Made by a program: the position numbers and the translations under genes. This document shows positions 18,981 through 26,634 of a stretch of 64,000 nt of DNA, piece after piece. The notes beneath the pieces are model-generated. The model had not been told where the DNA came from. It made no database searches and worked only from the letters and a program-made list of their open reading frames with translations. Source of the stretch: Acutalibacteraceae bacterium (GTDB taxonomy: Bacteria; Bacillota; Clostridia; Oscillospirales; Acutalibacteraceae); the NCBI GenBank assembly GCA_045604105.1, contig JAZUNJ010000024.1, positions 44,956 to 108,955 of the forward strand, read 5' to 3'. The stretch's first letter is position 1; the number at the start of each line of letters is the position of its first letter.

Positions 18981-20645
18981 ATGAAGAAGATTATTTCTGT
19001 TGTTCTGGCATTGGTTATTGCTTTTTCGTGCACTGTGACAGCCTTTGCCGGTATTGATCAGAATGCAACAAAAAGTACTGTTCCTGTTATCCGAATTTCC
19101 GGCGACGGTGACGCTCTTTATAACAGTGAGGGCGAAAAAGTTATGCATTTCAGAGGACTTCTCGAAAACAATGAGGATGACGACGATGATGATAACAGCG
19201 GAATTTATGAATCCATTGCAAATGTTCTTCTGCCCTTCCTCATTGAAGGTGTAGTATTTGACCAGTGGGATAATTATTACAATAACCTTCAGAAGGAAAT
19301 CGGCGACCTTTTCGGTGATGCACTTCTTGACAAAAACGGTGACCCCGTTAACGGAACAGGTCTTCCCCAAAACAGACTTGACGAAATGGAATACAACAAA
19401 AAAACAGACAAGGGCGCAGACAGAGGCTATTATAGATACAATGACTATTGGTTCCGTTATGACTGGCGTCTGGATCCCCTTTACACAGCTGATTTGTTTG
19501 ATGATTATGTCAGGAGCATCAAGACTGCGACAGGTGCAGACAAGGTTGCAATCATTTCAACCTGCCTTGGCACAAATGTTGTAACTGCATATGTTGCAAA
19601 ATACGGTCTTGATGATATTCACGGTATTACCTTTGACGGCGGTGTTGCTTACGGTGCTGAAATTCTCAGTGAAACAATCAGTGGTAAGTTTCAGCTCGAC
19701 GGCAATGCAATAGAAAGAGTTCTCATTGACTGCGCTAACTATGATCTTTTTGATGTAGGTAGCTTTGTTCTTGCAACTGTTGATCTTCTTACGTCAAGTG
19801 GCGCACTTGACGCTGTTAAGGGTGTTACCAAGGAATATATCTATTATAAGGTAATTGAGGGCGTAACCTCAGCCCTTGCTCTTTCGACCTTCTTCACATG
19901 GCCTAACTATTGGGCAGCTGTTACTGCTGAGGATTATGAAACTGCAATTGAGTATGTTTTCGGCGAAGAGGGCAGTGAAAAGTATAATGAATACGCAGGT
20001 CTCATTGAAAAGCTTGATGCATACGATGAGCTTGTACGTCAGCACATCCCTGAGATTATGCAGAGCATCAAGGATGCAGAGGTAAATCTCGGTATCATGG
20101 CAAAGTACGGCAGCCAGATGATTCCCGTGTGTGAGTCGTCAGACATGATTTCAGACCAGATTGCGTCTGTTCACAGAGCTTCCTACGGTGCAACAACCTC
20201 AACTGTTTATGAGCCTCTGCCCGAGGATTATATTGCCAGCAGGATTGAGGAGGGCTTCGGAAAATACATTTCACCCGATAAGCAGATTGATGCTTCCACC
20301 TGCATGTTCCCTGATTACACTTGGTTCTATAAGGGCGCAACTCACTCAAACTGGACAAGCTATGAAATGAAGATTATGTATGATGTTGCAACAGCAGACA
20401 GACAGCTCACCGTTGACGATTTTGAGTGGGGACAGTTTATTGTTTATGATAATGACACTGACACCGCTTATAAAATGGATGAGAACAACTGCCACACAGA
20501 AGCCTGGGAGGCTGACAAGGAGCAGGACGCTCCCAATACTCCCTATGCAAAGCTTTTCGTCTTCATCAAATCAGTTATTAACTGGTTCAGGGAGCTGTTC
20601 AGAATCCTTTCAGATAAGTTCGCAGCAAAGGAACCCACAGTATAA
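18981..20645 (+). CDS. Secreted LCAT-like alpha/beta-hydrolase-fold protein with C-terminal amphipathic tail
   Basis: Signal peptide MKKIISVVLALVIAFSCTVTAFAG. FRYDWRLDP...KVAIISTCLGTNVVTAYV aligns to the LCAT/PDAT family YDWRL and nucleophile-elbow region (from memory). The C-terminus is KLFVFIKSVINWFRELFRIL. Confidence 0.6.
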   Translation: MKKIISVVLALVIAFSCTVTAFAGIDQNATKSTVPVIRISGDGDALYNSEGEKVMHFRGLLENNEDDDDDDNSGIYESIANVLLPFLIEGVVFDQWDNYYNNLQKEIGDLFGDALLDKNGDPVNGTGLPQNRLDEMEYNKKTDKGADRGYYRYNDYWFRYDWRLDPLYTADLFDDYVRSIKTATGADKVAIISTCLGTNVVTAYVAKYGLDDIHGITFDGGVAYGAEILSETISGKFQLDGNAIERVLIDCANYDLFDVGSFVLATVDLLTSSGALDAVKGVTKEYIYYKVIEGVTSALALSTFFTWPNYWAAVTAEDYETAIEYVFGEEGSEKYNEYAGLIEKLDAYDELVRQHIPEIMQSIKDAEVNLGIMAKYGSQMIPVCESSDMISDQIASVHRASYGATTSTVYEPLPEDYIASRIEEGFGKYISPDKQIDASTCMFPDYTWFYKGATHSNWTSYEMKIMYDVATADRQLTVDDFEWGQFIVYDNDTDTAYKMDENNCHTEAWEADKEQDAPNTPYAKLFVFIKSVINWFRELFRILSDKFAAKEPTV

Positions 20646-20656
20646 AATAAAGAATT

Positions 20657-20689
20657 GAAGCCCTGCAGGAATCAATCCTGCAGGGCTTC
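20657..20689. terminator. Strong hairpin terminator downstream of gpmI (and of the LCAT-like gene)
   Basis: gaagccctgcagga-atcaa-tcctgcagggcttc. 14-bp stem. A T-rich tract follows on the minus strand. Confidence 0.75.
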
Positions 20690-20734
20690 AATGTGTAATC
20701 ATCGGGTAGCTTTTACCCGATATAACAATGTATA

Positions 20735-20764
20735 ATGCAATTTTGCATTTTGCATTCTGCATTT
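20735..20764 (-). repeat. (ATGCARA)n heptad element directly after the gpmI stop
   Basis: The coding strand reads TAA-ATGCAGA-ATGCAAA-ATGCAAA-ATTGCAT. Confidence 0.8.
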
Positions 20765-22295
20765 ATTTGACAATGCTTTCTCCGTCCATTTCAGTGGGCT
20801 GAGGAAGCTCCATAATCTTGAGCATTGTGGGAGCGATATCGCAAAGCTTGCCGCCTTCACGAAGCTCGCAGTCATAACCGCAAACAACAAAGGGTACGGG
20901 GAAGGTTGTGTGAGCTGTGAAGGGTGAGCCGTCCTCTTCATACATCTTGTCAGCGTTACCGTGGTCGGCAGTGATAAGCATAACGCCGTCCATTTCCATA
21001 ACTGCATCGTAAACCCTGCCTACAGACTTGTCAACAGCTTCAACGGCTGCCTTTGCAGCGTCAAATACACCTGTGTGACCAACCATGTCGCAGTTTGCGA
21101 AATTGAGAATGATAGCATCGTATTTGCCTGACTTGATTGCTTCAACAACCTTGTCTGTTACTTCGTATGCGCTCATTTCGGGCTGAAGGTCATAGGTTGC
21201 AACCTTGGGGGAAGCAACAAGTATTCTGTCTTCACCGTCATACTGCTTTTCAACGCCGCCGTTGAAGAAGAAGGTTACATGAGCATACTTTTCTGTTTCA
21301 GCAATACGAAGCTGAGTCTTACCCATCCTTGAAAGGTATTCACCGAAGGTGTTTTCAAGAGTCTGAGGCTTGAATGCAACATGAACGTTGGGCATTGTGG
21401 CGTCATACTGGGTCATACATACATAGTAAAGGGGGAAGAAGCCCTTTCTTCTTTCAAAGCCTGAGAAAGCCTCGTCAACGAAGGTTCTTGTAATTTCTCT
21501 TGCTCTGTCGGGGCGGAAATTGAAGAATACAACGCTGTCGTTTGCATTAACGGTTGCATTATCAAGGCATACTGTGGGAAGCACGAATTCGTCTGTAAGG
21601 TTCTTTCCGTCCTCGTCAATTGTTTCGTAGGATTCTCTGATAGCCTTAACCGGGCATTCTGCCTTGTTGCCTTCACCGTAAACCATTGCAGCGTAAGCCT
21701 TGCCAACTCTTTCCCAACGGTTGTCACGGTCCATGGCGTAGTATCTGCCCATAACGGTAGCAACCTTACCAATGCCGATTTCTTCAAGTTTTTTCATTGT
21801 TTCTTCAACAAAATCTGCACCTGAAGCAGGGGGAACATCACGTCCGTCAAGGAAGCAGTGTACGAAAACATCCTTAACACCGTACTTCTTAGCCATTTCA
21901 ACAATAGCCCAGAGGTGAGTGTTGTGGGAGTGAACACCGCCGTCACTCATAAGACCCATGAGGTGAAGAGCTGAGCCGTTCTTGAGGCAGTTTTCCATAG
22001 CGCCCTTAAGTGCTTCGTTGTTGAAAAAATCACCGTCCTTGATGCTCTTTGTGATTCTTGTTAATTCCTGATAAACAACACGGCCGGCACCGATGTTTGT
22101 GTGACCAACCTCACTGTTGCCCATCTGACCGTCGGGAAGACCTACATCCATACCTGATGCGCCGATAAAGGTCATGGGGTTTGCTTTCATAATCTTATCA
22201 AGATTGGGAGTTTCAGCGGCAACAATTGCATTGCCGTAATCGGAAGGATTCTTACCGAAACCGTCCATGATACAAAGTAATACAGGTTTTTTCAT
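20763..22295 (-). CDS. gpmI: 2,3-bisphosphoglycerate-independent phosphoglycerate mutase
   Basis: MKKPVLLCIMDGFG...NSEVGHTNIGAGR...ITADHGNA are canonical iPGM motifs. 510 aa. Confidence 0.95.
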   Translation of the reverse strand: MKKPVLLCIMDGFGKNPSDYGNAIVAAETPNLDKIMKANPMTFIGASGMDVGLPDGQMGNSEVGHTNIGAGRVVYQELTRITKSIKDGDFFNNEALKGAMENCLKNGSALHLMGLMSDGGVHSHNTHLWAIVEMAKKYGVKDVFVHCFLDGRDVPPASGADFVEETMKKLEEIGIGKVATVMGRYYAMDRDNRWERVGKAYAAMVYGEGNKAECPVKAIRESYETIDEDGKNLTDEFVLPTVCLDNATVNANDSVVFFNFRPDRAREITRTFVDEAFSGFERRKGFFPLYYVCMTQYDATMPNVHVAFKPQTLENTFGEYLSRMGKTQLRIAETEKYAHVTFFFNGGVEKQYDGEDRILVASPKVATYDLQPEMSAYEVTDKVVEAIKSGKYDAIILNFANCDMVGHTGVFDAAKAAVEAVDKSVGRVYDAVMEMDGVMLITADHGNADKMYEEDGSPFTAHTTFPVPFVVCGYDCELREGGKLCDIAPTMLKIMELPQPTEMDGESIVK

Positions 22296-22370
22296 TTTTA
22301 AATTTTCCTTTCCTGGAAGCTTATTTGCCTCTCCCTGAAAGGGGAGGTGCCCGAAGGGCGGAGGGGTTTA

Positions 22371-22385
22371 TTGCATTCTGCATTT
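22371..22385 (-). repeat. Short (ATGCARA)2 element after the tpiA terminator
   Basis: The coding strand reads AA-ATGCAGA-ATGCAAT, immediately 3' of the tpiA terminator hairpin. Confidence 0.6.
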
Positions 22386-22410
22386 AAAAAGGGCTCATAG
22401 AGCCCTTTTT
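22386..22410 (-). terminator. Intrinsic terminator immediately after tpiA
   Basis: aaaaagggctc-atag-agcccttttt, located 1 nt after the tpiA stop. Confidence 0.7.
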
Positions 22411-22411
22411 A

Positions 22412-23185
22412 TTATTTCTGTTCTGAAGCTACCTTAACGATAACTGAGAAGTCAGCTGCCTTGAGTGATGCACCGCCGATAAGACCGCCGTCAACGTTTA
22501 CCTTTGCAACAAGCTCAGCTGCGTTGCCTGCGTTCATTGAGCCGCCGTACTGAATTGTAACTGTTTCAGCAACATCAGCACCGTAAGCTTCTGCAATAGC
22601 TGCACGGCAGAAGCCGTTGCCTTCGTCAGCCTGGTCTGCAGTTGCAGTAACGCCTGTGCCGATAGCCCATACGGGCTCGTAAGCAATAACAACATCCTTA
22701 AGCTGTTCTGCAGTAACGTTTGTAAGAGCCATCTTTGTCTGATACTTAAGAAGAGTTTCGGTGTAGCCGAGCTCTCTCTGCTCGAGTGTTTCACCAACGC
22801 AAACGATGGGCTTGAGACCTGCATTAAGAGCAGCAAGAGTACGAAGGTTAACAGTCTGATCTGTTTCAGCAAAGTACTGTCTTCTTTCGCTGTGGCCGAT
22901 TACAACATATTCAACGCCAAGCTCTGTGAGCATATCAGCAGCAATTTCACCTGTGTATGCGCCTGAAGCTTTGAAGTGAACGTTTTCAGCACCGATTCTG
23001 ATGTTTGAGCCCTTAGCTGCTTCAACAGCTGCGGGAATATCTACAAAAGGTACGCAAAGAACAACTTCACAGTCAGCACCTGCAACGAGGGGCTTCATTT
23101 CTTCAATAAGTGCCTTTGCCTTTGAGGGAGTCATGTTCATTTTCCAGTTACCTGCGATAACTGCTTTACGTGTAGCTTTGTTCAT
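22412..23185 (-). CDS. tpiA: Triosephosphate isomerase
   Basis: IAGNWKMN...VIGHSERR...IAYEPVWAIGTG...GGASL are canonical TIM motifs. Confidence 0.95.
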   Translation of the reverse strand: MNKATRKAVIAGNWKMNMTPSKAKALIEEMKPLVAGADCEVVLCVPFVDIPAAVEAAKGSNIRIGAENVHFKASGAYTGEIAADMLTELGVEYVVIGHSERRQYFAETDQTVNLRTLAALNAGLKPIVCVGETLEQRELGYTETLLKYQTKMALTNVTAEQLKDVVIAYEPVWAIGTGVTATADQADEGNGFCRAAIAEAYGADVAETVTIQYGGSMNAGNAAELVAKVNVDGGLIGGASLKAADFSVIVKVASEQK

Positions 23186-23302
23186 TTTAATTACTCCTTT
23201 AAATTATTTATAAGGAGAATGCTGAGCAAATCTGCAGTCAGGCGGGCAGGATGCTTTGTTATCCTGAAGCTTTATCCGGATATAATAAGAGCGAAGCGAC
23301 CC

Positions 23303-23337
23303 GCAATTCTGCATTTTGCATTTTGCATTCTGCATTT
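23303..23337 (-). repeat. (ATGCARA)4 heptad element just after the pgk stop
   Basis: The coding strand reads TAA-TTAAAA-ATGCAGA-ATGCAAA-ATGCAAA-ATGCAGA-ATTGCGG. Confidence 0.8.
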
Positions 23338-23341
23338 TTAA

Positions 23342-24532
23342 TTATTTATCGTTAAGAGCAACAACGCCGGGAAGGTCCTTACCTTCAAGGAATTCAAGTG
23401 AAGCACCGCCGCCTGTTGAGATGTGGCTCATCTTGTCAGCAAAGCCGAGCTTCTGAACTGCTGCAGCTGAGCCACCGCCGCCAACGATGGAGATTGCACC
23501 GCTTTCAGCAATAGCTGTTGCAACTGCGATTGTACCTGAAGCAAAGTTCTTCCATTCGGAAACGCCCATGGGACCGTTCCAGATAACTGTGCCTGCGCCC
23601 TTGATAGCCTCTGCGAAAAGAGCCTCTGTTTTGGGGCCGATGTCAAGACCCATCCAACCGTCGGGGATATCGTCTGAATCAACAATCTTGTGTTCTGTGT
23701 TTTCGTTATATTCAAGACCAACTCTGTTGTCAACAGGGATAAGGAACTTAACGCCCTTAGCCTTAGCTGTTTCCATCATTTCCTTAGCAAGCTCAATCTT
23801 GTCTTCTTCACAGATTGAAGTACCAACGCTGTGACCCTGAGCTGCGAAGAAGGTGTAAGCCATACCGCCGCCTACGATGAGGGTGTCAACAGTTTCCATG
23901 AGGTTTGTGATAACACCGATCTTGTCACTTACCTTAGCACCGCCGAGAATAGCAACGAGGGGACGCTTGGGATTAGCAAGAGCACCGCCGATGTATTCAA
24001 GCTCCTTACGGATAAGGTAGCCGCCAACAGCGGGAAGGTAATCAGCAACACCTGTTGTGGATGAGTGAGCTCTGTGAGCTGAGCCGAAAGCATCGTTTAC
24101 ATAAATTTCTGCAAGTGAAGCAAGAGCCTTTGAGAATTCGGGATCGTTCTTTGTTTCTTCCTTGTGGAAACGAACATTTTCAAGAAGAAGAACTTCGCCT
24201 TCCTTGAGCTCAGCAGCAAGAGCCTGAGCGCTTTCGCCAACAACGTCCTTAGCCATTTTTACTTCGATACCGAGAAGCTCGCCGAGTCTTTCAGCAACGG
24301 GAGCGAGTGAAAATTCGGGCTTGAATTCTCCTTTGGGTCTGCCGAGGTGTGAGCAAGCGATAACCTTTGCACCGTTATCAAGAAGATACTTGATTGTGGG
24401 AAGAGAAGCAACGATTCTCTTGTCGCTTGTGATAACGCCGTTTTCCATTTTTACATTGAAATCGCAACGGATGAGGACCTTTTTGCCTCTTACGTCAATG
24501 TCTTCAACTGATTTCTTGTTTAATACGTTCAT
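23342..24532 (-). CDS. pgk: Phosphoglycerate kinase
   Basis: [11 protein letters not shown]...SHLGRPKG...[13 protein letters not shown]...[11 protein letters not shown] are canonical PGK motifs. Confidence 0.95.
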   Translation of the reverse strand: MNVLNKKSVEDIDVRGKKVLIRCDFNVKMENGVITSDKRIVASLPTIKYLLDNGAKVIACSHLGRPKGEFKPEFSLAPVAERLGELLGIEVKMAKDVVGESAQALAAELKEGEVLLLENVRFHKEETKNDPEFSKALASLAEIYVNDAFGSAHRAHSSTTGVADYLPAVGGYLIRKELEYIGGALANPKRPLVAILGGAKVSDKIGVITNLMETVDTLIVGGGMAYTFFAAQGHSVGTSICEEDKIELAKEMMETAKAKGVKFLIPVDNRVGLEYNENTEHKIVDSDDIPDGWMGLDIGPKTEALFAEAIKGAGTVIWNGPMGVSEWKNFASGTIAVATAIAESGAISIVGGGGSAAAVQKLGFADKMSHISTGGGASLEFLEGKDLPGVVALNDK

Positions 24533-25108
24533 GTGTTTCGTTCCTTTCGTAACATAATGTTATTTTGAAAAAATTACACCATCAATCATTTTATAACATT
24601 ATGAGTTATTTTTCAAGTATTTAGCCATAATTTTTAATGATATCGTTATGTTTAATTTATGATATAATGTAAACCAAAAAACCGAAAAACCGATTTCAAT
24701 ATAAATATTTATTTTCTCCTTTTATTAAATCTATACTTTTATACAAACAATGGTTTACAAAGTTCACAATGTGTTGCAACCTAAACAAAGGTGTAGCCTT
24801 CAAGGATACAATAGTTAATAATGAAAACCATAGTTTTGTCGGATTATATCAATACAGAACAGAAAAAATTGGAGTTATTACAATGAAAGCGCATCAAAAG
24901 CTTTCGTGGATTCTGATTCCACTCGTCTGATTTACGTCTTCACAGGCTCAGCCGTAAAAAAACGCTTCAATCGTTGAACATTAAATTTTATTGCAAAATG
25001 GCACTAATCTTAAGAAAATCTTAAAGACTTATGTAAATCAATATGATATAATTAAAATATCAAATGGCAAAAGTTAATAAAATATCACTTGTTTTAATTG
25101 AATTTTTG

Positions 25109-25138
25109 TTGACTTTTTGCACTGAAAAATGGTATTTT
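25109..25138 (+). promoter_or_regulatory. Promoter candidate for the LRR/FN3 gene
   Basis: TTGACT (25109-25114), an 18-nt spacer with TGn, then TATTTT (25133-25138). Weak -10. Confidence 0.3.
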
Positions 25139-25318
25139 GAAGATGCAATGCAAATTAATAATCTTCAAAAACAGGGAAACTTTTAAATTAAGTGTAGCTC
25201 TATGTAGTTATATCTGCTTTTGAAAAATTCAGCTTGTGTTGCATCGGATTAGTGGTGTTTTAGCCACCTCATTTAGGAGCAAATTTTTTTATTATTTTAT
25301 TTAAGGAGGTTTTTTCTG

Positions 25319-26578
25319 ATGAAGAGACTTAAATCGGCAATTTTATTCGTTTCATTGTTTATATCGTTAGCAGCGATTCTGTGCTTTAGTGCAAGTGCTG
25401 CTGAATGGAAGGATTTGGGCAACTTAAAAAGTAATTATGACAAAGACACAGGCGTAATGGTAATAAAGGGTGAAAACTCAACTATAAATCCTCACGACTT
25501 TGGTGTTTTACCAATGGCAGATGCCGAACAGTTAGCAAATGAGCTTAAGGAAGAAGACGGCTCGGGTGTTAATTGGGGTGATGATGACGGTTTGGAAGCT
25601 GACCGTGACGAGAATGAATTTGCCCTTGCTGATGCGGATGCATCAAGAGCAAAAATAGTTATTATCGAGGACAGCATTGTTAAACTTGAAACTTTAAGCC
25701 TTTCACATTTTGAAAGTGCTGAAGTTATAATCCTGCCTGAAAGCATTACAGAAATTCCCGTGGGAGCTTTTCATCGTTTGGAAAATCTTAAAACTGTTGT
25801 ACTTTCGTCAAAGACAACAAAGATTGATGATTATGCATTTTACGGATGTAAAAATCTTAAAACAATCAACTTCCCTTCAACTTTAAAATATGTTGGAAGA
25901 AGAGCTTTCTTCAAATGTAACATTGATCATATAGAAATTCCTGATACCATTAAAACAGTTAAAGAAGGCAATAAGGCTATTCCTGATAATCTTAAATCAG
26001 TTGAAATTACAGGGGTAAGTGACGGTTTCGTTACATTGAAATGGAACAAGGTTAAGGATGCTAATGGTTACAGAGTGTTCGTGCGTAAAAACGGCAAATG
26101 GAAAAAGATAGTCGATGTGTTCAAACAGGAGTATTACAACATTAAAACAGAACCTAACAAGAAATATACTTTTGCTGTAAGACCGTTTAATGCTCTTGAT
26201 CTCAATTGTCAAACGAAAAATTCTGTAATAATTAATGTAAGTTACTCAAAGCTTGTTTTTGCAAAGAAATATGTAAAGCTCCCCTCTGTTACAACTGCGC
26301 CGGCAAAGCCCGAATTCAAGCTCGAAAGCAAACAAAAGGGTAAGGTGTCAATCAAGTGGGATAATGTTGCAGGTGAAACCGGCTATCAGGTATGGTACTC
26401 AACAAAGTCAAATAAGAATTTTAAAAAGATTGCAAACTACAAATCAAATGTTGTTTCTGCAACAAAAACGGGACTGACAAGCGGTAAAACTTACTACTTC
26501 AAAGTAAGAGCGTATAAAAAGACAGCTAACGGTTATGTTTACAGTAGCTGGCAGCCTAAATCAATAAAAGTTAAATAA
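25319..26578 (+). CDS. Secreted surface protein: BspA-type LRR region plus two fibronectin-type-III-like domains
   Basis: RBS aaggagg and signal peptide (...CFSASA|AEW). LRR_5-like units are present (IPVGAFHRLENLKTVVLSSKTTKIDDYAFYGCKNLKTINFP). Two FN3-like units are present (FVTLKWNKVKDANGYRVFVRKNGKWKK; VSIKWDNVAGETGYQVWYS...GKTYYFKVRAYKK). Confidence 0.75.
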   Translation: MKRLKSAILFVSLFISLAAILCFSASAAEWKDLGNLKSNYDKDTGVMVIKGENSTINPHDFGVLPMADAEQLANELKEEDGSGVNWGDDDGLEADRDENEFALADADASRAKIVIIEDSIVKLETLSLSHFESAEVIILPESITEIPVGAFHRLENLKTVVLSSKTTKIDDYAFYGCKNLKTINFPSTLKYVGRRAFFKCNIDHIEIPDTIKTVKEGNKAIPDNLKSVEITGVSDGFVTLKWNKVKDANGYRVFVRKNGKWKKIVDVFKQEYYNIKTEPNKKYTFAVRPFNALDLNCQTKNSVIINVSYSKLVFAKKYVKLPSVTTAPAKPEFKLESKQKGKVSIKWDNVAGETGYQVWYSTKSNKNFKKIANYKSNVVSATKTGLTSGKTYYFKVRAYKKTANGYVYSSWQPKSIKVK

Positions 26579-26588
26579 AATAACAAGA

Positions 26589-26634
26589 GCAGGCACGCCG
26601 TGCATTAAACACAGCGTGCCTGCCTTTATCTTTT
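26589..26634. terminator. Terminator between the convergent LRR/FN3 gene and topB
   Basis: gcaggcacgc ... gcgtgcctgc followed by ctttatctttt. Confidence 0.6.

Noticed and set aside
18954-19370. 138-aa ORF antisense to the 5' part of the LCAT-like gene
   Set aside because: The sense frame has a signal peptide and family motifs. The antisense ORF lacks an RBS and has an odd composition.
24883-24930. 15-codon mini-ORF (MKAHQKLSWILIPLV) with a GGAG 9 nt upstream, in the long pgk-upstream spacer
   Set aside because: It could be a leader peptide or micro-protein, but there is no supporting terminator/antiterminator structure or conservation evidence that I can see. It is too short to call from sequence alone.
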